NCBI GenBank assembly: GCA_965153285.1
Contig: OZ229114.1
DNA: 64,000 nt
Strand: one strand, 5' to 3'
Source: Podarcis tiliguerta
Lineage: Eukaryota
Under the pieces are notes generated by a model. That model saw nothing but the letters and a program-made list of their open reading frames with translations, was not told the origin of the DNA and searched no databases. A program made the position numbers and the translations under genes. Below are positions 1 through 10,221 of the stretch, piece by piece; position 1 is the stretch's first letter; every line of letters starts with the position of its first letter.

Positions 1-63
1 TTTACATACAGGATATGAAACCTGGGATACTACTAGAAGTCAAATCTCAGATTTGAGATTTAA

Positions 64-310
64 ACATAATGCTAAGCCAAACCATGGCTAAGTATGAATG
101 AAGAAGTGTGCTAGTGCAGTTTTTGAAAACTATGGATGCTTTGCAGTAGTTTTCATGCTACTGGAACCTGAGCCATGGTTGGGCTTAGTATTATGTCTGA
201 ACTTAGGCTCATGGTTTATCTTCCCCAAACAAACCACAAGCAACAAGCTGAGAACAAACCTTAGAGGCAACTAACTGTTGCTGTTTTGCAGCAAAACAAA
301 CATGAGCTAA
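64..310. repeat. AACCATGG-rich element with inverted repeat
   Basis: 26-bp inverted repeat 64-89/171-196 with 2 mismatches; similar motifs at about 805-1175 and 54925-55025. Confidence 0.55.
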
Positions 311-553
311 AGTAACCCAGTGTAACCAATCTTTTGCCTTCCCTTATCCCACCAATGCTGATGTATTCTTAAGGGGGTATTTTGGAATCTACCATTGCTT
401 GAAATGTGGTTGTGAACAGTTAGAGAGAATGTAGTTAAATCCAGAAAGGGGGATAAAAGCAGAAGCTGTGCATATAGCCTTGGTCAAAGCACATGATACA
501 AAGAAGAATCAAAAAGTAAACTATAGCACATAACAGCAGTTTCTTTTGCGCAG

Positions 554-672
554 GAACCCGTGACTTTGTGGCCTGTAACCACTTGCGAAGCTACAAGTAT
601 TATTCAGATAGCATTGTCTTCCCAGATGGATTTTTGGGTTACCCCTGCGCAGCATACAACTTATTTGAAACG
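554..672 (+). CDS. Pancreatic lipase family (PNLIP/PNLIPRP-like), internal exon equivalent to human exon 9; contains the catalytic His
   Basis: cag|...|gtatgt, 119 nt; translates (G)[39 protein letters not shown], matching the pancreatic lipase [11 protein letters not shown] motif. Confidence 0.95.
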
Positions 673-1330
673 GTATGTTATTTGTGTATCTCAGGAGCAA
701 CACCTCATGTTATTGCTTCATCATGCACATGCAGTAGAATGCAGTTTTCCAGTTTGCTAAGATCCCTTGACACTAGGTTATGTGTGAAGAAAAAGACTGG
801 TCATTTGTAATGCCAAACCATGCCTTAGGAGAACGGGAACAAGACCTGTGCTCACGTAGTCTTCCTCATCCTCCTTCTTCCCTCTCATATGCCATTTAAT
901 TTGCTTCAAATCATTGTTTGCAATTACCGGCATATCCAAATAAGAAAACTGGTTTTCAACTACCCTCCATGCTGGGACCGCAAACCAGTTGCAAATCATG
1001 AGTTTCATTCCTGGTTTGGAGGGCAAGTGCGAACCATAGTTTGCCAGCTGGGTTGCAACTGTAAGTTGTAGTTTGTCACAAACCAGAAAGTAACCAATTA
1101 AACACAATGAATGAGAGGAGGAGGAAGCACATGAAGTGGAGACTTAACCATGTAATGCCAAGCCATGGGAACCAACTCACTCTGAGGCAGTTGTACCAGT
1201 ACAACAGGTCAAGGTCCATAAAAGAATAATTGGAATCTTGGGAATAGGTTAATGGACTAGTAGCAGAATGATGCAAGGCAGTCACAGTGAGAATTGAAGA
1301 CTGATTAACATTAATTTCATATTACTATTG

Positions 1331-1516
1331 AAATAAATAGTAGTAGTTCTGCGTATAAGCTTTTGTGTGCATGCACACTTCTTCAGTGTGCATGCACACG
1401 AAAGCTTATACCCAGAAGTACTTAGTTGGTCTCCAAGGTGCTACTGGACAATTTTAAATTCTTTTTTATTTATTTCGACTGCATCAGACCAACACAGCTC
1501 CCTACCTGTATCTAGA
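1331..1516. mobile_element. Penelope-like element terminal (pLTR) fragment with inverted arms
   Basis: 15-bp direct repeats TTCATATTACTATTG at 1316-1330 and 1517-1531; 33-bp inverted repeat 1347-1379/1385-1417; PLE-type GAAAGCTTATACC...AAGGTGCTAC...AGACCAACAC motifs. Confidence 0.75.
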
Positions 1517-2277
1517 TTCATATTACTATTGTCATTGTTTTCTGAATAGGAACTGTCAACTTCTTCAAATGTAAAAGTGGTAAAATAAACTCTAGGGTGC
1601 TATTTTCCCATGCAAAGGGAAAGACATGTACAATGTAACTTCTGTCATCTTAAACTTAAAGGGTTATCAACCATGCAAACATTCTTATAATGTAGACCAC
1701 TGAGAACAACTTCAAGGGACACACACAATTAGTGCTTGCAGATTAGGCGCACTGTAGAATCAAGGCTTAGTTAACAAAGGCTCTATAATGATACTGCGTT
1801 TTGACTTTTATAATAGGTTTAAGGACAGCAGGCTGCCTTAATTCTCTTCTATGTACTAATTTGCTTCTGAAATGTCTTGAGAATATGGCATGGGTCAGGT
1901 GTGGCATTAGTGAGTAGGCCAGGAGGACTTTTGCACCAGCCCTGGGTGTCCTGCCTTTGCAAAACCTTTTAAAAAGCACTACTTCGCCTACAGGACAACT
2001 TGGCACACTCCATAGTGCAGAGCTTAATTTGCCAAAGGGAATCTGTACATAAAAAATAGCATATGCAACTTTGTGTCATGGGTCTGTGTCTTGGGCGGCA
2101 GTACCCCGGCACGTGACCTCCAAGTTGATCTTTGAGCCACAACAAGAAGTCAATTGTCCAGGGCAGGACAATGAAAGAGGTGTTGAACAGTTATTAGGTA
2201 TGGCTTCCCAACAGTGCAACAAGTGAGAGAAATAATTGTTGCAATATGAATAAAATGAGTTTTCCTGTTTTCATTAG

Positions 2278-2407
2278 GATGGCTGCTTCCCATGTCCAAA
2301 TGGTGGATGCCCTAAAATGGGTCACTATGCAATTGAATCTAAAGGCAGATTCACCTCTTCATTTACAAAGCTTTATCTGAACACTGGAGATGCCAAGGAT
2401 TTTGCCC
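2278..2407 (+). CDS. Pancreatic lipase family, exon 10 equivalent
   Basis: tag|...|gtaagt, 130 nt; DGCFPCPNGGCPKMGHYAIESKGRFTSSFTKLYLNTGDAKDFA(R); phases match both neighbouring exons. Confidence 0.95.
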
Positions 2408-2743
2408 GTAAGTTCACTTTTGGAGTAAACTCTGAAGGCTGACCTTCATCCTATATTGGCAGCTCAGAGAACTGTATGAAACAATAGTTTGTTACAAAGA
2501 TTACAGTTTGCTCTATTGGTCTGGATTTCCATCTTGTATGTGGAGCAAAAAAGATCCTAGATAACTGGCAGCATCTTTCCCAAAAGCCAAGACAACACTT
2601 CAGATGCTGCTAAATTGTGCCTAGACAGGTGTAGTGTTTCAGCAAGCAAGAGCCACACACAAAGCAAGCTTTTGTGCACAGAGATCAGAAACAGATGTAC
2701 ATCAAATGTGCCATAATTCAGAGCACCTGTGTTCTGATTCACA

Positions 2744-3085
2744 GTGGTCTATCTAGCTCAGTATTGTCTACACAGTCAGCAGCTCTCCAGGGATTCATAG
2801 AATCATAGAATCATAGAACTGTAGAGTTGGAAGGGACCCTGAGGATCATCTAGTCCAACCCCCTGCAATGCAGGAATATGCAGTTGTCCCATACGGGGAT
2901 CAAACCTGCAACCTTGCCATTATCAGCACCAAGCTCTAACCAACTGAGCTATCCAGCAATGATAGCTATCCAGCACTCTTGATTCAGTCAAGAGTTTTTT
3001 CCAGCTGTTCCCAGCTGAGATTCCAGGGATTGAAACTGGGACCTTCCGCATGCAGAGCAGTTGCCCTAGCCAGGAACTATAGCCT
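2744..3085 (-). mobile_element. Squam3-type tRNA SINE interrupted by another SINE
   Basis: CTAGCTCAGTATTGTCTACAC...CAGCTCTCCAGG and CCAGGGATTGAAACTGGGACCTTC halves flank the 2796-2957 insert; similar to the copies at 16140, 46078 and 59620. Confidence 0.7.
2796..2957 (-). mobile_element. tRNA-derived SINE with CR1-type 3' tail (POM-SINE-like)
   Basis: Minus strand reads GCTGGATAGCTCAGTTGGTTAGAGC...GGTTTGATCCCC, then GGGGGTTGGACTAGATGA...CCCTTCCAACTCT and an (ATTCTATG)n tail. Confidence 0.8.
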
Positions 3086-3328
3086 GGAGCCATACTCTTT
3101 GCCTAGACAAATATTCAATTAATTCCACAACTTGAAGTGAAAGAGGATATTGCATAATACATTTGGTTTTGCAAATGATGTCTAAAGTTCCTCTGGTCTG
3201 AATCCTTCACATAAAAGAAATATCTGATATCAACACACAAAATTAAGACAAAGTAAGAAAAGTTAAATGTCAAGAATCATAGGAACTTGCCTGATGAAAA
3301 TCAAAATCTTGCTATTTGTGTTGTTCAG

Positions 3329-3440
3329 GTTGGAGGTACAAAATATCAGTCACTCTGTCTGGAAGAAGCAGTGTCCGTGGATACATAAATATTGCCCTAT
3401 ACGGAAGTGGAGGGAACACAAAGCAATATCAGATTTTCAA
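3329..3440 (+). CDS. Pancreatic lipase family, exon 11 equivalent (start of PLAT domain)
   Basis: cag|...|gtaagt, 112 nt; (R)WRYKISVTLSGRSSVRGYINIALYGSGGNTKQYQIF(K); ends in phase 2. Confidence 0.95.
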
Positions 3441-4404
3441 GTAAGTACAGTGGGTAGAAAATTAGATTTTAAAATATGTGTTCCTACTTGACACCTGCTT
3501 TTCTGTTTCTCTTTTTCTACTTGTAAGGCACTCCAAGATGATTTGATATATTTTTCTTTTCATATGGGGTGAACAGAAATGCAAATAAAGCTAAACAACA
3601 GATTTATATTCCATTACAATACATTCTATTTCATCTTCTAACAATTTTCTAGCAACTGGAGTTTTCTACATTAACCTCAAGGGCTCTTTTCTCTTTGGTT
3701 ATCCTACTTGTTTAATGAATTTATGACCCACCTTTCTGCAATAAAGCCTCTGAGGTAGTTAACAAAAATGCAGATACAAATGAAAAAATAAACACAAATA
3801 ACAGAGCAGCAAAAACCCAGTTTGCTTCTCAAGTGTGCTCTGCTCAGCTCTACTCTGCCAGGCTCTACCAGTGTGAGGTGCACCCCTCCAGTATGAAAAG
3901 CCCGCTTATGCCTGCCAAAATGTGGGCTGGCAGATGCAAGCAAAAGCCCCTGAAAGAAGACATTTGTGGGGGCAGAAAGGGACAGAGCTGGGTTAGCCAA
4001 GGATCCACTAGATCCTAACTCAGTCAAGGTATAGTAGCTGATAAGCCTAAACCAGCTCTCCAACCTTTGTGCCAGGAATTCGGATTGCACACTAAAGGTT
4101 ACAAAAATTACTAATTACTGACACTTTAGGGATCATATATATGAAACCAGGGTGTTTGTTTTCCTAATCCACAGTATTACAGTAACTCTTTTCGGACATT
4201 TTGCTGCCCAGTCACCCTGTTGTGGTGGTTTTCACAGTACATTTGCAGTTTTAGCAACTCAAATGAAATAATTTAAGATGGGTGGGTCCAAAAGAGCACG
4301 GGGCTTATGCACCTTTTTTTAATAGTTGTGTAGAAGTCATGCAGGGTACACCTGCTGAAATTCCCACTTCAGCTCAGCTGTAAAGTTGCAGGTGTCCTGC
4401 CCTC

Positions 4405-4495
4405 TTTTACACTTTTTTGCCCCCCAGTTTAACATCATGGGCAAAGTTGCACATTTCCCTGTGAGTCCCTGGCTTGGAATTATTTATAATCAGTA
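4405..4495 (-). mobile_element. Degenerate CR1 LINE reverse transcriptase fragment
   Basis: Translates INN...MCNFAHDVKLGG, resembling CR1 FIND...KFADDTKLGG. Confidence 0.55.
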
Positions 4496-7400
4496 TAAAA
4501 CTTAAGTATAGCTTTATAAAACTTAAATACAGTTCTTCAGGTGACTGAGGAAAGGGCGGAATAAATGACCCAGCTCCCTGCCACAGTTGGTTGCTTGGCA
4601 ACAGCCAACAGTGACCCATCCCTGACAATGGCCCTCCGTGGCCTAGCCTCAAACCACTGCTGGTTAGCTGGCAACACAAATTTCTTGAAAAAGATCATCA
4701 GTGATATGGCCAGCCCTATACATTTTGCCCCTGATGCAAATGACAAGAACCCTCCATAAGCCAACTGGTGTGGCAGTTGAAATTTACCTCAGCTCTGGCA
4801 ATAGGACAGCCATCCCCCACAGTATCCAAGGGCAGCGGCCTAGTTTAATGGATTTGGGAGAGGCCATGTGGCAGACCCAGTTCTGTCTTCCAACGGAGGA
4901 GAATGACCCAGGGATTCAGGAGGAACAGCCAGCCCTCCAGTGTCTGCCACCTGAGGCACTTGCCTCACTCTTTCTAGCAGAAACTGATCAATAATGTCAG
5001 TTAACCATTGCCATGTGGGTGGTAGTTTCTCCCTTTGATATTTGTTTATCAGAGTTTGCCTTTCTGTTTTCTTCACTGCCAGCTTCATTCCCTTCTTTGT
5101 TAGGGCTCTCCCTTCAACTTTCGCACAACTCTTCTGTTTCCCCTCCTTAACCAAAAGCCCTTCCTTAATTGACTCCTGTTTTATTTTCTCACAGCTCGTT
5201 TTATAAGGTGCCCAGGAGAAGGCAATATATTACCCCCTACACACAGGGGGAAGGGGGGAGAGCAGATTCTGCCACCCTGAGGCCATTGCTTCACTCCTCC
5301 TAATGATAGAGCCGGCCCTGAGAACCCACCAACAATTTTGGATGCAAAAACTGAACCATGGTTCAGTTTTGTGGAGCTCCCTCCCAACTGATATCAGAAG
5401 GATCCCCTTCCAGTTGAAATTCCAGAAACTAATGAGGCCCTTTTAAAATTTTATTTCAGCGGGCATTTTAAGTCAGCTTTCTCATTTCATGGTTAGTTTT
5501 AAGTCATTTTATCTTTATTGCATCGTGTTAATCATACTGCACAGCTCTTAAAGATGATGGTGCTAAGTGATATATAAATGGCTGAAAAGACAGAAAGAAA
5601 TTCCTAGCAACAAAACTAGAAATGGGTCAGGGTTCTACTTTAAAGTGATATCTAATTTCGTGATATCAAGTTTATTGACATGGATTTTTCTGGGCATTTT
5701 AGTTTCGTTAACAAAATGTATATACTGCTTGATTGAATCTCGTTTCTAAGCAATTTACAAGAAATATTACAATTATCTATATAAATAGTTAAAGACAAGT
5801 AATTAGAAACATTTTAAAAACAATTAAAATCAGCAGTAAACTAAAAAAGAAATTAGAGCACACCAACATTTATGTGTCTGGATAGGCTTATCCAAGTGAA
5901 AATATTTTAAGCAGGTGCTGAAAGAAATAAAACAACGGTGCCTAATTGATGTCAATAGGCAGGGAGTCCCAAAGTTTCCAATGCTGTAGAATTTTGTTTG
6001 TCGAATACTGTCCTGGTCTCATAAATTATTTAGAACACATACCACCCACATTTTTCCACATTAGTCACTCTATTTTCAAATGTCATCTGCGTTAAGAGGG
6101 AGAAAACGCCCCTCTGGTATTTTCCGAAATGTGATTTTAAGCTTCCGCTTTTTGTTTGCTGTGACTGTCTGAGCTAAAAGCCCTGGTACATTATAGCTAT
6201 TCAAAAATGTCACTTTTCAGCCTGCTATTTATTTTAGTTTAGCCAGCAGCAACGTGTTTTAGTGCTGAAAAGTAGATTTAATAGCAGGGACATTTTAAAT
6301 GATTTCTACAATAAATCATTTTAATCTAAGCCAAATATCACCTGTCTGTCATGCAATATAAGGATGGTGGAGGGGAAAGAAACTCTGGCACACAGTAGTA
6401 AACAAACCCACATATATATAGTGCACATTTTTTGTATCCCTTTCATGCATTTGGCCCTCATTCTTCTCCATTGTGGTCTAGGCAATACATTATCTACTGG
6501 GATTATAGCATTCCTTTGGCAGGTTTCGCACCTCCCCAGGCAATACTCTATAATAATCTGCTCCAAATCACTTGAAGGACTGTAGGCTTTCTTAAATGAG
6601 CCTATGCTTATCCAACTATATATGCTGCCCATGTCATGTCTTCCATGGATGCATAGAGTTGAGGGACCTTTTGAGATCTACATGGATAAAGCTGTCATAG
6701 TTTTTAGGATCTTTGTTTTTTTCAAAGAGCCTTTGTGTTTACTGTTCCATTCCAATCTTCAAAAGCAGGTCAGGGGAGGGGGTGCCCCCCCCCCCGATCC
6801 CCTTCTCCTCTCCCCATCTTGTATAATTTACACCCTTTAAAGGTGCTAGTTGGCTGTGGTGATTCTAACCATGTGGAGATGTGGTAGGTTGCCTCCTCTT
6901 GAAATAAACTTGCCTAGAATCAATGCGGGCATTGGAATGCACCTCAGAGGAACACATATCAACCTATAGATCTTCAGAGTTACCATATGTGCACACAAAA
7001 ATATTTGGATAAGATACTTTCCTGTCAATAATTTTTCATCAGACTAGGGTTTTTACCTTAGTCTGGTAAAGTCAGGTCTAGTCAGACTTGTATACCTTAC
7101 AGGTCAGCTCACGATATCTATAAAGATCAGTCAAATGATTCACCTCAAGTAACATTCAACATTGAGATTTGTATATACTGACCCAAATGGACTATCTGAC
7201 ATTGTAAAAAGCAGTTTCCAATTTATGAGGCATTTCAAAGTCTATGGCCTTTTAAACTGGGGTGGGTGAGGTATTGTTTTTGTTTGTTTTTGTGGTAATT
7301 TTTGTGTTTTGTGGTAAACTGCTCTGTGATCTTCAGGTGAAGGGTGGCATATATATATATATATTACAACAACAAAGCTAATTGCTGAGCAAGACCACTA

Positions 7401-8086
7401 GTGTATTGAAATGCATCTGGGTCTTGGTATTGTTGCTGGTCACATGATTTTTGGTTCTCGGGATTCTTGCTGGCTACTTGTTATCTTATTACATTTCTCC
7501 ATATTTTTGAAAGTTTAAAGTTGAATTCTATTCTTATGTACATATTGCAATAATAATCCTTGCATCTTTTGCTCGAACCCTATTGTGTGCCTTGTTCCCT
7601 ATTTTTCACCTTACTGTGCTAGCTTAAGAGGTACTTGTCCATAATCACTAAACCCAGCTTCATCATCCTACTTGAGTAATCCCAATTTTTCAAAACAGTC
7701 GACGGAGGATGGGAACCCTAGGCTTACCATGTGGGCAAGAGCTGCAGACCACTCTTGCAGTAAACTATGGCATTCCTTCTTCTCAGTTAGTGGTTGTCTG
7801 CATTGCAAGTGAAATTCTCAGGAGCTGATGGAAAAGAAGCTAGATCTATGTGTTGGTATCTTCAGATGTGACAATACCAATGAGATGTTCAAATCTGATT
7901 GTGTGTGTTACCTCTTACAGTGTAGGTACTGAATAGTACATGATGCACTTGTGAACACAACATCCTAGAAACCACAGTGGCTGGACCAATGGCCAACACA
8001 TCCTCTTGTGTCAATTAGCCTTCACCATGACACAGCATGATCAGTCAATAATGAAGGAAATCACTTACCTGTTTTTATTTTTCAAG

Positions 8087-8254
8087 GGGAATGTTGAAGC
8101 CTGGCACTATACATACCAACTTCACCGACATAGACGTCAATATTGGAGCAGTAGCTAAAGTTAAATTCCTTTGGAACAATGATATCATAAACCCAACCTT
8201 TCCCAAATTGGGAGCCTCAAAGATTCAGGTGCAAGATGGAGAAGATGGACATAT
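8087..8254 (+). CDS. Pancreatic lipase family, exon 12 copy A (PLAT/colipase-binding domain)
   Basis: Branch-point-like CTTAC at 8064-8068, pyrimidine tract, caag|...|gtatgt; 168 nt, phase 2-2, no stops; GMLKPGTIHTNFTDIDVNIGAVAKVKFLWNNDIINPTFPKLGASKIQVQDGEDGH(I). Not in the ORF track. Confidence 0.85.
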
Positions 8255-8320
8255 GTATGTATAAGTGTTTTAAAAAAAGAACCTATTTGTGTATATGTAT
8301 CATATTTTTTTCTCTCCAAG

Positions 8321-8488
8321 GGGGAAACTCCAACCTGATGAAACTTATACCCACCTAATTGATGTACAACTTAATGTTGGATCAGTTACTAAGGTTAAAT
8401 TTCTGTGGAACAACAATATCATAAACCCAACTTTGCCCAAACTGGGAGCAGCAAAGATTACAGTACAGGATGGAGAAGATGGGACAGT
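8321..8488 (+). CDS. Pancreatic lipase family, exon 12 copy B (PLAT/colipase-binding domain)
   Basis: ttttctctccaag|...|gtatgt; 168 nt, phase 2-2; GKLQPDETYTHLIDVQLNVGSVTKVKFLWNNNIINPTLPKLGAAKITVQDGEDGT(V), within ORF 8289..8546. Confidence 0.9.
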
Positions 8489-8816
8489 GTATGTATCCAT
8501 TTGCTGTTTTATACAAAAAAAGCACAAACCCATAAATATTTATTAAAGATATACAATTATCTTCAAAACATACCAGAGGCTCAACACTGTTGCAGGAGAG
8601 TTTTGGGGAGAAAGATGCTAATCAGTAGCCTGTTTTTAGTATATTTTGAATACTTTAAAGACAAATTTAGGGGTGACTAAACCTGTGGTCTTTCCATAGT
8701 TGCTGGACTGCAGTTCCCAGCAATCCTGACCCATGTAGTAAATGGTCAAGGATGATGGGATTTGGAGTCCAGCAATGTCTGGAAGGCCACAGGCTAGCCA
8801 TTCATGCTACACAACC

Positions 8817-8940
8817 AGTGGTGTAGTGCTTAGCATCGGATTAGGACCTACCTGAGAAACCAGGGTTCAAATCCCCACTCGGCCATGAAGCTCACTGGGT
8901 GACCTTGGGCCAGTCATGGTCTCACATCTCTCTTAGCCTT
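8817..8940 (+). mobile_element. MIR/CORE-like squamate tRNA SINE (Squam2-like)
   Basis: A/B-box-like GTGTAGTG...GGGTTCAAATCCCC followed by GCCATGAAGCTCACTGGGTGACCTTGGGCCAGTCA; a reverse 3' fragment is present at about 63592-63660. Confidence 0.65.
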
Positions 8941-9511
8941 GGCATTGTTTGGGTACATGTTTAAAAATAGTATTGGAAAGAGTGTGTATGTTGTACATAA
9001 TTTGACTCTTGTGCTTTTGATTTAGCTATTGTTAGGGTGTTGCATTTAAAACTGATAGTTGTGCAGGGCAGATTTATACATTCTTACACAGAAACTCTCG
9101 TGTGTCCAATGTGTCATTTAAAATTAATTAATTTAATTTTATAACAATAAATTATATGAATAGCAACCATGTGACACATAAATATATTCTCAAGTAAGAA
9201 TCTTTAGGACCACCCCCGCATGTATACTCAGAAATAAGCTCCATTAAGTTTAGCAAAGGTTGTTCCCAGATAAGTATCTTTAGGAATGGACATTTAAATG
9301 TAAGTTTTTCAGTTATCATTATTCATTCAGTTAGGCAATGTTAGCTGCTGAAGTGAATTGCCTTATGGCCCTTCCCTCTGGACTTTGTGATCTTATGGGC
9401 CTCCCTTGGTTAGATTGTAAGGTGTCTAATTTCACCTTCAAGCAGCCCTACTGTGTTTGGGAACCTTCCAATTATTTCTGCTGAGTGTGCCCCTAAAACC
9501 TTCCCTTAGTG

Positions 9512-9643
9512 CAAATGTAGGAAATTTTTGGTTCTCCAGATGTTGCTGAGCTACAGTTCCCATCAGCCCCAGCAGCTAATGACTATTGATGATGAGAATC
9601 GTGGTTCAGCAACCTCTGGAGGGCTAATGGTTCCTAACACCTG
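9512..9643. mobile_element. hAT-Charlie (URR1-like) palindromic MITE
   Basis: 8-bp TSD CCTTAGTG at 9504-9511 and 9644-9651; CTCCAGATGTTG...CTACAGTTCCCATCA arm. Older relatives at about 8668-8806, 23940-24020, 24635-24745, 31065-31160, 42424-42530, 43986-44192 and 51455-51575. Confidence 0.75.
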
Positions 9644-10112
9644 CCTTAGTGCACTGCTGGGAATTTTGTAAGATGTTTGCATGGACGTTGCAAATATGAT
9701 CAAAGTATAAGAATGAATGAACATGGGTAGTTCCTTGCAGGAAATAAGTACTTTAGTATTGGTCCCAGTGACATAAGAAGGCCCTGGAATGGGATACAAT
9801 GTGGTGATGCATAATATTCCTTTTGCAAAAACCCTGGGCCTTAAATCCACCCCCCCAAAAGATTCTTTTAGAATGTTCTTTAAATAACCAGCATTTTTGT
9901 AGCATTAGAGATATTCAATAGATGAAGATAAAATCAACACAATTATAAAAAAATGCTGATACAAAATTAAATAAATGCACACTCTGTATTTATTACATTT
10001 TCTGGGAGCGTATGATGCAAAATTAAAACATCCTACTAAAATGGACTTGCAATAAAAATGAAACATTAACACTTTTAAACTAATGAATATATATGTGTTT
10101 TTTAATCCTCAG

Positions 10113-10176
10113 ATACAATTTCTGTGGTAGTGACACAGTGAGAGAAGATGTTCTGCAAACACTTACACCGTGCTGA
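10113..10176 (+). CDS. Pancreatic lipase family, terminal coding exon
   Basis: cctcag|A TAC AAT TTC...TGA; YNFCGSDTVREDVLQTLTPC*, the canonical pancreatic lipase C-terminus. Confidence 0.95.
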
Positions 10177-10215
10177 ATAACAAGAAAAAACAGAAAAAGC
10201 TTTTATGCAAATCTT

Positions 10216-10221
10216 AATAAA
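10216..10221 (+). terminator. Polyadenylation signal of the lipase gene
   Basis: AATAAA 40 nt after the stop codon, followed by T/GT-rich sequence. Confidence 0.75.

Noticed and set aside
2885-2957. tRNA-like sequence on the minus strand
   Set aside because: It is the head of a SINE fused to a CR1-type tail, with degenerate stems; not a tRNA gene.
8063-8071. ACTTACCTG, identical to part of the U1 snRNA 5' end (or an antisense donor), just before exon 12A
   Set aside because: More simply explained as the branch point (CTTAC) at the expected distance from the acceptor; no antisense exon is supported.
8087-8488. Assembly artefact or remnant of a whole-gene duplication as the explanation for the doubled exon
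   Set aside because: The copies are too divergent for an assembly stutter, and I found no second copy of exons 9-11 or of the terminal exon in the window.
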